A stretch of DNA of 63,573 nucleotides, the filler included, from Reticulomyxa filosa (lineage: Eukaryota; Protista; Foraminifera): NCBI GenBank assembly GCA_000512085.1. It is 20 parts of 20 records of this genome, joined end to end, with 100 filler letters (N's around TTAATTAATTAA, not from the genome) between each part and the next. Parts side by side here need not be neighbours in the genome. Positions count along the whole stretch, not along the records: positions 13,025 to 14,052 come from ASPP01026117.1; positions 14,153 to 15,162 come from ASPP01021833.1; positions 15,263 to 19,064 come from ASPP01017461.1; positions 19,165 to 22,921 come from ASPP01023419.1; positions 23,022 to 24,999 come from ASPP01000662.1; positions 25,100 to 26,663 come from ASPP01021882.1; 14 more parts are not named here. One strand, written 5' to 3'. Under the pieces are notes generated by a model. It saw nothing but the letters and a program-made list of their open reading frames with translations. It had not been told where the DNA came from and ran no database searches. Made by a program: the position numbers and the translations under genes. Every line of letters starts with the position of its first letter. Positions within the stretch are counted from its first letter, which is position 1. This document shows, one piece after another, positions 12,925 to 25,137 of the stretch.

Positions 12925-13739
12925 NNNNNNNNNNNNNNNNNNNNNNNNNNNNNNNNNNNNNNNNNNNNTTAATTAATTAANNNNNNNNNNNNNNNNNNNN
13001 NNNNNNNNNNNNNNNNNNNNNNNNTATTGTGAAGAAAGGGCTAATGATAGCATTTTCTTTATCCTCGATTTGAATTAAATATTTGCTTATTTTTTAAAGT
13101 TTTTTAAATGGAGGAAAAGTAAATAAGTTATTTATTCTCACATTTACATTGTTATTCTCCAGTTAACACAAAATAATGAGGTGTGCTGATGTAAAAAAAA
13201 TAAAAACAAAAATATATATCCAATTACCTCCATAAATATGGTTGCTTTATCTGTTAGAAATAGTGTTGTCCGTCGTAATGCAATGTTTTTTGTAAATGAT
13301 CAATGTAAAAAGTAATAATTATTTGTTTTCTGTTTTTACAAAGTTTAATGGGCTTTAATGTTATTTTACATTAATTAATTATAAACAATTCATAATCATT
13401 ACAACCGTAGCTGGCACACACTGAAAAAAAATTTCAAATTACAACCAACAAAGTCCAGTTTGCTAGCAGATCAACATGTTGTTGGCACCTCTGATTTAAA
13501 TTCTTATCATCACATTCTTAGCTTTATTTTTTTTGGAAAAAATATATTTATTTTATTTAGTCTTCAATGTGGCCATTCCTTTTTTTTTTTGCGAAAACTG
13601 GTTTAAAAAAAGGGAAGCTTGATCTACGTATACTTGCATTGGGGAATACTTACACCCTTCAAAAGCGCATGATATGTGCACGGCTGAAATAAAGCTCGCC
13701 AAAACTCAAATATGTTCAAACGCAATGTGTTGTGGAACA

Positions 13740-14009
13740 CTACGCGATACGTAAGTGTGATCGTGTTTGTAATTCTTTCAGTTCGTTTTCCACTAACAAC
13801 CCCTCGTCGTATGCGTTCACGTTGTGTCCGTTTGCTGGCAATGCAACACACGCCCAGTCTTCTGTTGAACAGTTTTGTGCTTGGTTGCACCCAATGCAAG
13901 GGTCGTCTGACGGACGTGTGCTCATGTCACCAGTCGTTACCAACGTCGTCCACACAACCAAAGTGCTACACCATAACACCCACCACAATGACAAGATCTT
14001 TTTTGTCAT
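13740..14009 (-). CDS. Possible small secreted Cys-containing protein
   Basis: Hydrophobic N-terminus followed by CIGCNQAQNC...C. No family recognised. Confidence 0.25.
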   Translation of the reverse strand: MTKKILSLWWVLWCSTLVVWTTLVTTGDMSTRPSDDPCIGCNQAQNCSTEDWACVALPANGHNVNAYDEGLLVENELKELQTRSHLRIA

Positions 14010-14169
14010 TTTTTTTGTTATCAGCTCTTCAATAACTATCTGTACTTCAAAANNNNNNNNNNNNNNNNNNNNNNNNNNNNNNNNNNNNNNNNNNNNTTAA
14101 TTAATTAANNNNNNNNNNNNNNNNNNNNNNNNNNNNNNNNNNNNNNNNNNNNCGTCGTTTTGTAGTATA

Positions 14170-15075
14170 TGTGTTCCTTTCAAATAGTAATCTCTCTCTC
14201 TTTTTCTTTTTCTGTTTCATCTTCCAAAAGAAAAGTAACTTATTGATTTGCCAAAAGGTAAGAATATTTTTCATTTCAATATTGTCAAATGATCTCAACA
14301 AAGCTTTTTTTCGTTGCCATTCTTTATCTTCCCAATCAGGTTTTGTTTCTCGTTTGTACAAAAGACTAAATGTATTTGTAACATCTCTGAGCAATTTCAA
14401 TGCGTTCACGCCATCGAGACACTTAAACACGTGTTCCAAATTGGTTCCAATTTGATCACACTCATCAACTCTGTGCTTCCACATGTTTCCGGTTTTCTTT
14501 AAAATTGCGTGATATGTTATAAATTTCAGCCAATTCTCCAAATTTTCGGAAAGTTCGCATGCTTGCATGATATTGGTCCATCGAATCGAACTGCCTCTGG
14601 CAGACTCACTTCCCTCTGCGTCCATCACCCGTGCAATTTCACTTTTAATAGTACGTACAAGCGCTTTCCCTTGAGTGCCGTCTCCTTGATGCTTTAGTGA
14701 TGGCATTTTGAAGTTAAAGGTTCCCATGATTAGTCCAATGGTGATCACTTCATGTTGATTTGGCTCGATTTGTATCGGAGGTTGAAGAAAGGTACAGTCC
14801 ATTTCTCTTTGTTCCACTTCAGACAATACCAATTTTTCAATGGTGCCATTATGAGGTTGGAACATATGTCGAACTTGCCGACAAATTTCCTCCAATTGTT
14901 TTCCCCGCAACAAACCAAAATCCGTGGATATTGCCAATCCAGTGATAGTCATATCCTTCAATTTTGTCATTGTACTCTCGAAATTGTCTCTGACTTTGGT
15001 TAAGATGTCCACTACCATCCCGGAATGAAACTGTCGTCGAGTTGGTGGATATAGTTCCAATGTCTTTGCAAGGTC
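14170..15075 (-). CDS. Hypothetical protein exon (~290 aa)
   Basis: Long stop-free ORF with globular composition, flanked by AT-rich intron-like sequence. No family recognised. Confidence 0.6.
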
Positions 15076-15321
15076 CTCTTTCTTTTTTATTTATTTATTC
15101 ATTTATTGAGTTAGTGTTTGTTAATGATATTGAATGTAATCTTATGTAAATATAATATATAANNNNNNNNNNNNNNNNNNNNNNNNNNNNNNNNNNNNNN
15201 NNNNNNTTAATTAATTAANNNNNNNNNNNNNNNNNNNNNNNNNNNNNNNNNNNNNNNNNNNNAAATAAATTAACACTCGTTCAAGGGTCAAGTTTTTTTT
15301 TTAAAAAAAACTATTAGATAA

Positions 15322-16483
15322 CAAACTGCAAAACAAGTGGCTGGGTCATCAACCAACAACAGACGTGGTTCAGCATATGCTTTGTTTCGAGGGTTACAAA
15401 AAGTACCAGGGATCCATTTCCCGACCATTGGAGTTGCTCCAGTGTAATGAGCAAATTTGATTGCACCTCGTTGTCCATAAGTTCGGGTTGACATGACCAT
15501 GATGTCAGCGGGATTTTGAACTGCAGCCAAGACACGAGCAGCCAATATCATCTTGTGCCAGGTCTTGTCCAAGTTGATCACAGTCAAACCTATCATATAT
15601 TTTTAACCACCGTGTGGTGTGAAATAAATATGATCATTGAGGAAGAGAGAGCAAAGATGCGAAATGGAGAAACTTTTTTTTTTTGGTTAATAAAAAAAAA
15701 TAATAATAAAACAATATAAAAAAATCTGCGTCACGATGTTCCCCCTTCCACCCTTCATTTATGTGATGCCTTTTTTTTGTTAAATGAAGCTCATTTTTAA
15801 CCATCTTTTCGTTTTTCGAACACATATCGTTGCATGTTAGCATGAGCTCGAGCAGGTCCAATGTGAACTTGTGCGGCCAACAATTTCAAGACATCGTCCT
15901 CAGTGGGTCGCAATTTTTCCCACAATTTCTCATTTCCAGTTTGTCTTCCCCTTTGGCGGGTGTTGCGTAATCGAAATTTTTTCTTCTCTTTTTTCAAGTC
16001 ACCAGTCTTGGTTTTTTTTGGGCTTTTGCTGCGACTTTTCGAAGCACCTTTTTTTGGGGTGTTTTTCTTGGTTGGCGATTTCTTTTTTGGTGTGGTTTTT
16101 TTCGCACTTGCTGCTTTTTTTTCTTGCGTTTTTTTTTTCTTTGGTTGTTGGGTTTTTTTTTCACTCTTTGTTTGAGATGGAGCTTTGGCTGTCTCTTGTC
16201 CTTTCGTTTGTTTTTCTTTTGGTTGTTGTGGTTGCTTCACTTCTTGTTTGGCTGCTTCCTTTCCTTGGGTTTTTTTTTCTTTCTTTGGTTGTTGCTTAGC
16301 ACCACCTTTTGCCTCTTGCTCAGGCTTCTTTTGTGGAGCTGGGTTTTGTTTGTCGCCTCCTTTCGTTTGCTTTCCTGCAGGGGCTTGTTCTTTCGCCGCT
16401 TCTGGTTTGGCTTTTGGTTGTTGTTTTTCCTTTGGCTGAGATTGTTTCTCTGCTGGATTGCCCTTCTTTTTACCGGATGACAT
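15322..16483 (-). CDS. RPSA: 40S ribosomal protein SA (uS2) with ~190-aa basic N-terminal extension, 3' truncated
   Basis: EDDVLKLLAAQVHIG...MQRYVFEKRKDG|GLTVINLDKTWHKMILAARVLAAVQNPADI...YGQRGAIKFAHYTGA...PGTF...EPRLL. Intron at 15590-15801. Confidence 0.92.
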
Positions 16484-17152
16484 AATCCTCCCTGATTTGT
16501 TTGCCAGGTAAATAACAAGACAAAACTAAACCGCAAAGAGCTTTTCTTAAACAAGGGTGCCACAAAGCAACAAGCGTACTGAAAAATACTGATTTGTAAT
16601 GTGCAAACTCAAGTTTATTCATTTTTTTTTGCTTCGACGTGAACATGTCAGTTCGATAAATCATTTTTCTTTCCATCGTTTTACTTGTTTTAAGTTGAAT
16701 TTCTTCAAACAAAAAAAGTTTAGCTAGCAACTAACACTAATATGCCTACTTAAATCAAAGGACTTAATTCTTGCTGTCAAAACACAGAGCAAGAGCGAAA
16801 TTGAAATTCACTTTCGGCAATATCAAAGTCGGGTTCCCAAGCGCAGCCAAAATATTGACCCACTCATCAAAAAGAAAATCAATAGAACAATAGAACAAAG
16901 TAAATTTCTTGCACTTTTATTTTAAATATCGAATATTCAAAAATTAAGATGTGTTGAGAGATATGAAATGACGTATCTCAAAGCGAAGGCGAGGCCCTTT
17001 TTTTTAAGCCTAAGTACGAGACTATGGAGAAAAAAAAGGTATTAACATGCTGACAAAAGAGCTTGAAATTAGACGAATCACAAAGTAAACACAGCTCAAA
17101 ACAAAAAAAACAAAAAAAAGCGATTCAAGTTTTCTTTATCAATTTTTTTGGC

Positions 17153-17991
17153 TTATTGTTCGTAATTGTATTTTGGTTGATACTTTACTTTTTTTTCGGC
17201 GTCCTTTTCCAGCAAACTTTGGATAGTATCTTTCAATGGCGCAAGTTCTCTGTCGTCAACCAATTTGAATTCTTTGACGAAATAGATGAAATGTTTGAAG
17301 CAAGTATTCAAATGAGCCTCACAATCCAATTGCGCCATTTTCTGGACGTGAGAATGGTATATATGCCCATACACTCGGAACAATCTCTTCAAAATTGTTT
17401 TACAGATTGACTGAAAATTCTTCGGAAATGTCACTCCCTACTCCCCAAATCACAAAAAAAAATTTTTTTTTTGACTTGATCATCAAACATAATACGTATA
17501 ATTTTTTTGTTTGTTCGTTTTAGAAACAAGTATTTTCGGCAGTAAGGAGATATTTCTTAAACTGCTTCGACTGGGAAAATGCGGGGATCATTAATTTGAG
17601 ATTCCACCCATGACATTAAATAGTCAATGTATTTTGGTGCACTGACTTTGACTGGCTTTGTGAATTTAACACCGTCCATCCACAAATATTCATATTTTGG
17701 CCCTGCGCTCATCAGTGGACAGCTCTCATCTGTACAAAACTCCGTGATGATCCCATACAATAATGATGTTTCATTGAAAAAATCCACCACGTTCACCGCT
17801 AACCATTCCAAAAAATCTTCACCTTTTGGCAATTTCACTGCATCGTGCATATTCCCTGCACCCAATGTCGCTGTCGAGTACTGGTGTAGTTCTTCTCTCT
17901 TTTGGCTGCCATGCTTCTTTTGTTCTTTGAAATGCTTGTTACTACTCTTGTTGGTTGACAATTGAGGTTTTGAATTTTCTTCTTGAGCCAT
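17153..17991 (-). CDS. MOB1: MOB kinase activator 1
   Basis: ATLGAGNMHDAVKLPKGED..EWLAVN.VDFFN, CPLMSAGPKYEYLW, ILKRLFRVYGHIYHSH, HLNTCFKHF. Intron at 17438-17562. Confidence 0.95.
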
Positions 17992-19025
17992 TATGGTTTT
18001 GGTTTCTTTTATCCTACAAATTTGAAACCTTTAGACAGAACTGCGGATTTTTTTTGTAAAACTTAAAAAAGCTGTCCTTTCAGAGAGGTTTTCTTTCTTT
18101 TACAGCAAATTGAATACAAGTAAGTGGTACTTTAAGCTTTAACAATAAGTGTATAAGCAGAGTGGTTTCATTTAATCTTTACATGTGATCTTTTAAATTA
18201 TCAAAGTTGCAGATTTTTTCTGTTTTTTGAGTGATAACTGACCTTGAGATCCATTGATAACATAGACGTCGTAAATTCGAGTATCAATTTGTCCAAGCCC
18301 AAAAAAAAAGCGAAAAGTGGTGACCTTTTTAAAAGCACGCCCATTAGAAGTCTGTTTGGACATGCAGTCAATTGGAATTTGCAAACGTTGTCATGCTCAA
18401 GCCTTCCTCAATGGTGTGGACTCAATAATATGGAATACAAAAATAAATGATTGCAAGCATGTACTTGTACTCCCTCCAAGTTTTGCAACCGAAAAAGAAG
18501 CAATGTACCGGCGTTGCTTGGCTGAGCTAGCAACAAAATGTCAAAAATATATAGAGAAATTTACCAAAGACATACAAAGTTAACAGTACTATAAAGTAGA
18601 AAAAGGATTGTCCCAATGTCTTAATCGTCTAAAAAAAGAAATTTTTTCTCTGGTACTCGTTTTTTCAACGAAATAGTTGTAAATAAAGAATTTGATACCA
18701 TTGAAGCAAAGATTAATCAACACTATGAAAACGCACAAAAAGCGTTGGAAAAGCGAAGAGACGATCTGTTGGACGAAGCGAAGGCAAAACGAAAAGAAAG
18801 ACAAAGCATGTTAGAAAATATACTGGATGAGTTGTGCAAGTATAAGAAAGAGTGCGAAGCAGGCGAGGACAGCATGTGGAAAATCATTCAAGCGTTAAGT
18901 TCCACCAAAAAAAAAAAAAAAAGAAGTTTCTTGCACAATTGCAAAGTCAATTCATTTCTTTCAGATATGAGTATATATATATACATATATACGCTGATTA
19001 ATAATTAATATGGTACTAGAGCATA

Positions 19026-19064
<39 letters not shown>

Positions 19065-19178
19065 NNNNNNNNNNNNNNNNNNNNNNNNNNNNNNNNNNNN
19101 NNNNNNNNTTAATTAATTAANNNNNNNNNNNNNNNNNNNNNNNNNNNNNNNNNNNNNNNNNNNNAAAAAAAAAAATAG

Positions 19179-22100
19179 TTGGATGTATTGGAACGAGAAG
19201 GAGCCAATAAAAAGAACTCACATGTGTTGTCGAAAGTGATAACGCATGATTTTCAATTGATTGGCGGCTATGTGTTGACAAAGAACAATCACACATATGT
19301 AATCACGCAAGACGATTTATCGCAAAACAGCTATGTTCCAAAGTCCGCGCAAGAATTGACTGACATTTGCCAAAAGAGCGCAAAAGGCAACAAACGTACG
19401 CACGAAACAAATCAAATGACCGAACTTCGATTCAAAGACCTCCGCGATTTTGTGCAAGAGACGGATTTGTTTACATACGTAATGGATTTCTTCCGTGATC
19501 ACTCCACTCCAAACATGCACGGAGTGTTGGTCTTGGCATGCGATCCAGTGATGAGCGAGTCGATGTTGATGCACTATTTGCACACGCAATATCTTGTAGA
19601 AAAGGCGTATACGAATCAATTGAAGGCAAACAAAGAAAACAAAACGGTAGAGGTATTGAAGACATTAATTATGTTGATATATTCCAATCGTGTCCAAACG
19701 CAATCCAAAGAGTCATTGACAGAGCCATTGTATCCATTAATCTTTAGTTCCATGTGGAAACATGTATTCGTCGATGCGTTATTGCCAGCGGATTATTTGA
19801 ATGAAGTGCAAATCAATGATATCAATATCTTTGATAAAAACACGCTCACACAAATTTGCGAACGAATTGAGCCAAACAACACCAAACTGTTGGAGAATTC
19901 GTTCGAACTGGCTCTCAACTCCATTTCCATAAGTGCTCGAAATCAAGATGGATTCTATCGCGACGTCCAACTATTAAAGCATCTCCTTTCAGAGCCGATC
20001 GACGGTGGGGATTTCCAACGTACACTGAGAGGCAGACTGCAAGACGTATTGTCCGATCCTGACAATGGAGCCACTGCATGTTTGAAGATCATATCGAGAC
20101 AGCCATTGCGAGAAAGGGGATCGTTGAGAGGTGAGTTTATGGGAAATTTGGCACAAAAGATTAAAGTAATGTTGGCCGAGATATTAGCCCTTGTATTTGA
20201 AAACAGAACATCTTCGTTGTATCGTTCGACGAAGGAACCCAATGCCAAAGTCGATGAATTGTTTTTGCAACTTTTGAGTGAACCCAAAATTGTGCGAGTG
20301 TCCCAACGCACGCAAGCCAATCAAGATCGTCCAATTATTCTCAGAGATGATATCCCCGATGGCGCTTGCTTCCCATTTAGTGCTCGTATCCATGCGCATT
20401 TGTCTTCGTTCCGAGACACGTGCTTTGAAATCTACGAACGCACCAAACAGAATCTCAACGAACGTTTGTTGGAGTTTTTGATCTTGCAAATCCATGCTTT
20501 CATTCAAACGACGCCTTTGAAGATCGATTTGAATCGCTTGTCCAGAAACTTGATGCAGAGATTATTGCGTGACATTGTGCATTTGGAAGCCAGAGCCACT
20601 TTTGGTTTGAGTCGCTTTTCGCCGCAAATTTACAATATATTGGTCAATCATATCTGCGAATTTGTGGATCACGCTTCCATGGATGCTCTCAGAGTGTTTG
20701 GTGACTCCAAAACGAAGAAGGATGTTACCATCGTCAAAAAAGAGGAGGAAGAAAAAAAAAGAGGCAGTAGAGGAAGAAGAAAAAAAAACAGAAAATCCAG
20801 AGCCAGTAAAATCTTTGAAAAAAAGAAGGAAAAAGACGACACACGACAGCGATGATGAAAGCGTGAGTGAAGAAGAAGATATGTGGAGTAAATTAGAAGA
20901 CTTAGAAACAATAAACAGAGAAGCCGAGGAAACAAAAGAAATGGAGCCACCTCAAAGACTGGAAAGTGAAGACTTTGTCATAATTGAGAACGACCAGGAA
21001 GAGAAAAAAACAGAGTCAGTGGTGGTGGTGGAGGAGATCAAATTCCAGGTGACAGAAGTGTATGCAATCTTGTGGTCTCATGAGGCTCTGCTTTGCGATT
21101 TTGTGGATGTGCTATCAGTCGTGCATGACCATTCAAAAAAGGACTTGGAAAATATGGAGAATGTTTGGAAGGAGCAACTATCATTACATGAATGTGTAGC
21201 AAAAATGCTTGCAATTGTATTGGACGTTGTGGAAAGATCATTGGAAATAACATCGACTGAAAAGATGAAACACAGATTGGATCATTTGTCGTCTATTTCA
21301 CAAGCCTTTGAACATGTTGTGCAATGGTTGAATCAAGGATGTCCCAATAAAGACTTAACAAAAGAACTGAACCGACGATGGGATTTACTAAAATTGTCAA
21401 TATTATGTGTCACTGCCACCAAGTATCAAAGCAAAAATGGTATACTCACCCGTTCGATTAAAGAGCGCTTTGCCAATTGCCAGTTTGATAATATCGATTC
21501 TTTAAACGCTCTGTTGGCCCTTGTTCAGAGTTCACTAAACCAAGATCGCGTTGACAGAAATGAGATCAATGAAGTATTGCAATGGCTCGTTCAAAAATAC
21601 GTCGGCATGTTTGGCTTAAAGACTGTCACTAGTCATCGTCACGAAATCGGAAATAACATCTCTGATGACTTTGCCGAAAAGTTAATTCAATGGGTTGGAG
21701 GGAGAAGATTGGATACGCTACTATTCTCTCCAGCTTCCTTCACAAAGATGGAGATCGGCTCGCAATTGATTGCAATTATACGGAAAAAAGTTTGGAGTTT
21801 CTTCCCTTTTTTTTTTTTTTTTTAAAAAAAAGGGGTTTAGTACAAACAAACATATAAATTTTTTTTGAAAAAAAAAAACAAAACAAAAGGAGCATCAAAA
21901 TGTTCGTAATCTTTTGATGCAACATTTGCAAGCGTGTGACTTGAACAATGAATTTGCAGTGTTATTAATTCGAGTGCAAGAACACTTTTTACACTTTCGC
22001 GAAATGGTTCATCGCAAAAGATTAGAGCAAGAAGATCGACCCGATGTGCAAAAGTTTGTTCGATTGTCGGAAACATTGAAAGAGAAAATAAGAAATAGGA

Positions 22101-22921
22101 ATCTGCTGGATATACTGTTGACCATTGCGGAGTGCAAAATGTGGACGTATTATCTGTCGCATTATATAAGTCGAACCATGGTCGTTTCGTATACGTATGG
22201 AGAGGAAGGAATCAAACACTTTTGGTTGGAAGGCAAAGAGAAACGTATGCAACTCTACTTGTCGGCGCAAGATTGTGTCAGTATTGGACAATTGTACAAA
22301 TGCGATCAAAATGGAGTAACTGAAATGGAGCGGCAGATACGTCAAGGCTTGAAATATTATCTTATGGTCGAATTATGGAGGAGAAAAGGCTCCATTGCTG
22401 CTTTGCATTTGAGTGGCAATAAATTCGCGAAATTGTTTGGATTTGCGGTAGGAATGAATGGCGATCTTCGACAGAGTGGTCGTATCAAAAATATACCTGC
22501 GAATGATACCTTTCAATTATTGGAGCATTGCAATAACCAAAAGTTGGATAATGCCTTCAAAGAAATGCGTACCGCTTTTGCAAAAGCTTTCATTTCCAAT
22601 CAACTTGATTGGCAAAGCTTTGATCGAAAACGCTTCGTACATTTAATTGCAGGTTAACACACAAGCAAACTCCATTTTTTTTAAAAAAAACTGGAGTCAG
22701 TCATTATTTTAAGTTTGTTTTTTTTTTTAAAAAAAAAAAAAAAAACAAAAGGTATATTTACGGAATTATATTTGAAAAATGACACAAACCATTTGGAGAC
22801 TATAACGAAATTTACAAGAAATACCAGCAGATATATCAATGATCATTTGCGAGGTACACAGTCTGGACGGTGTCAAGATCGGATAAGATATTTGCTCTCA
22901 CAGTTTTGTATATACGTAAAA
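19179..22921 (+). CDS. RNF213-like protein, distal AAA to E3-shell region, fragment
   Basis: LRDFVQETDL...F, VLVLACDP, FSSMWKHVFVDAL (RNF213 W.SVHIDDL) and FPFSARIHAHL (RNF213 VPFSWKIKDYL). Frameshift in A-runs near 20750-20790. Introns at 21790-21889 and about 22653-22751. Confidence 0.6.
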
Positions 22922-23081
22922 NNNNNNNNNNNNNNNNNNNNNNNNNNNNNNNNNNNNNNNNNNNNTTAATTAATTAANNNNNNNNNNNNNNNNNNNNNNN
23001 NNNNNNNNNNNNNNNNNNNNNTATTTATTTGATTACAATTTGCTTGTGTTTGAGAATGAGTTATGTATATTGAAACAGTAG

Positions 23082-23384
23082 AATGCATATCGTGAACTAG
23101 CAGAAGAACTAGGTATATCTGGAATTTCTTTAACAAATATGGGTAATTTCAAATTCGAAGACGAACAAGTTCGTGTTTGGGGAAACATGTTTACATGTAC
23201 TTATGATGGTCCAATCACTATTCAAGAAACTGAGGTAGAAAGCATTCATATTCAAAGTATTCACCAAATTTTCTCTGATTTGAAACAGGGTGTGCTTTAT
23301 ACACCTGATTCCATTGCTGGGTTGAAACACTTGTTGATTAAGCAAAACAAAATAATCAATGCTTCCAATGCATCCAAATTGTAA
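23082..23384 (+). CDS. Nudix hydrolase, YfcD-like, last exon
   Basis: NAYRELAEELGISG...GNFKFEDEQVRVWGNMFTCTYDGPITIQETEV...YTPDSIAGL contains the end of the Nudix box and resembles E. coli YfcD (REAEEELGI...FYFED...RVWG..F....GP...QE.EV...FTPDS). Confidence 0.8.
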   Translation, partial: NAYRELAEELGISGISLTNMGNFKFEDEQVRVWGNMFTCTYDGPITIQETEVESIHIQSIHQIFSDLKQGVLYTPDSIAGLKHLLIKQNKIINASNASKL

Positions 23385-25099
23385 TAAAGGTCTTTGTGCT
23401 TTGAAATCAAGTCTTCATTTTTATTCTTAACACATATTGACAAAGCCTTAGTTGTTTTCCCCTTTTTTTTCATCTTGAAAAGTAAATATTCTTTTTTTAA
23501 ATCTTAATTTCAAAAATGATCCGTCTGTTAATTAACATGCAAACATCAAAAACAAAGAACTGCAAAAAAGGAAACAACCCCGCCAAAAAAATTCATCAGG
23601 AACAAATCTACCGATAACTAAAGACATTTCTTTCGTCTTTTACAAAACAAAGATATTTAATCGAAAATTTTTATTGATTTTAGCACATCATAAAAATAAA
23701 GGAAATATTTTGGTATTTCACAGAAATTTCTCACACAATTTCTTTGCAAAAAATTATGTGAAAAATTTACCATATACATGAAAAATAAATATTTAAACAA
23801 ATTTTTAAAAAATTTTCCTTGTGCTTGAATATTTCTAAAAAAGAATAAAAAGACTAAAAATTTGATTTATTTATATGCATTCCTGAGAAATTTTCAAAAA
23901 TAATGTGAAAACGATGCTTTTATACAAAAGTTATGATAAATCCAATTTCATATTTGTGTATTTTTAAAAACTAAGTTTAAAGTTTATTTTCCATTGATAA
24001 ATCGACACTATTCATAACGGTCATTATGTACAGTATTTGCAAAAAAAACTGACATACATAAACGGCACATCTATGAAGAGAATAAATTTTCCACTGAAAA
24101 CAAACATTTAAACCCAATTTTAAAAAATCTGCAAATCTTATAGTTTTTATAAATATGAAATTAATTTTATAATAACTTCTTTCTAGGTTGATTAAAATCA
24201 ATGTTTTTTCATTGATTTTTAAAATTTCGCAGTAATGCATATCAATAAAACATTTATTACCAAGATGAAATTTTTAAATTTTTGTTTCTTTTTTAGGAAT
24301 CTCCAAGTCATGCATATACTTAAAAAAGTTAGCATTATATCTTTGAGTTTTTAAAAATTCAACAATTAAAAATTAATTTTGAAATTTTTTATATGAGTTT
24401 TACAGTAAGATAAAAAAGAAAGTTGACACCTAAAATGCCACCTTGTAGAGATGATTGTGTTTCTCCATGAAAAAACAACATTTAATCAAAATTTTTTTAA
24501 AAATATCTACAAATCGTGTAGTTTTTAAATATCATTTTGGTTTTTTATTAAGTCTTTCCAATTTTTTCAAAAATTTTAATCTTTAATTTACTTTAAAAAA
24601 ATTTTTTATAGTTGCTTGATTATGATAAGATTTGTTTTTTAAAATTTAATTCAAGTTTACCGACGTGTTATATCTTCTTTGGCTTTTTTTAGCTATGTGT
24701 TTTCTTTAGAATCGACTTTATTAAGGTTTCAAAAATATTTGTTTCCATTTTTTCCCATTCTGTTTCGAATTAGTTCTAAATTTTTTCAATGGTATTAAAT
24801 GGTCCTTTTTTGTGAATCATTGTATTTACTATCCACCAAAGATTTTAAATTGGATTTAAATCAGGTGAGTTTGCATTAATTCATTATTTTCATTTTTTTT
24901 TTGTTTTAACTATTTCATTTTTTTCATATTTATGGCATGTTGAATTATATTGCTAAAAATCCAATTCTCTTTATTTTCTAAGCAGCAATTGACGATCTTN
25001 NNNNNNNNNNNNNNNNNNNNNNNNNNNNNNNNNNNNNNNNNNNTTAATTAATTAANNNNNNNNNNNNNNNNNNNNNNNNNNNNNNNNNNNNNNNNNNNN

Positions 25100-25137
<38 letters not shown>

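Noticed and set aside
20740-20800. Frameshifts in A-runs (also about 1245-1375, 32045, 32088) suggesting programmed frameshifting or RNA editing
   Set aside because: They are typical 454 homopolymer errors, and the adaptor remnants indicate that platform.
8124-22921. Apparent clustering of RNF213-like, WD40, LDLa and LRR genes as a defence island
   Set aside because: Most are on separate contigs, so adjacency is artificial.
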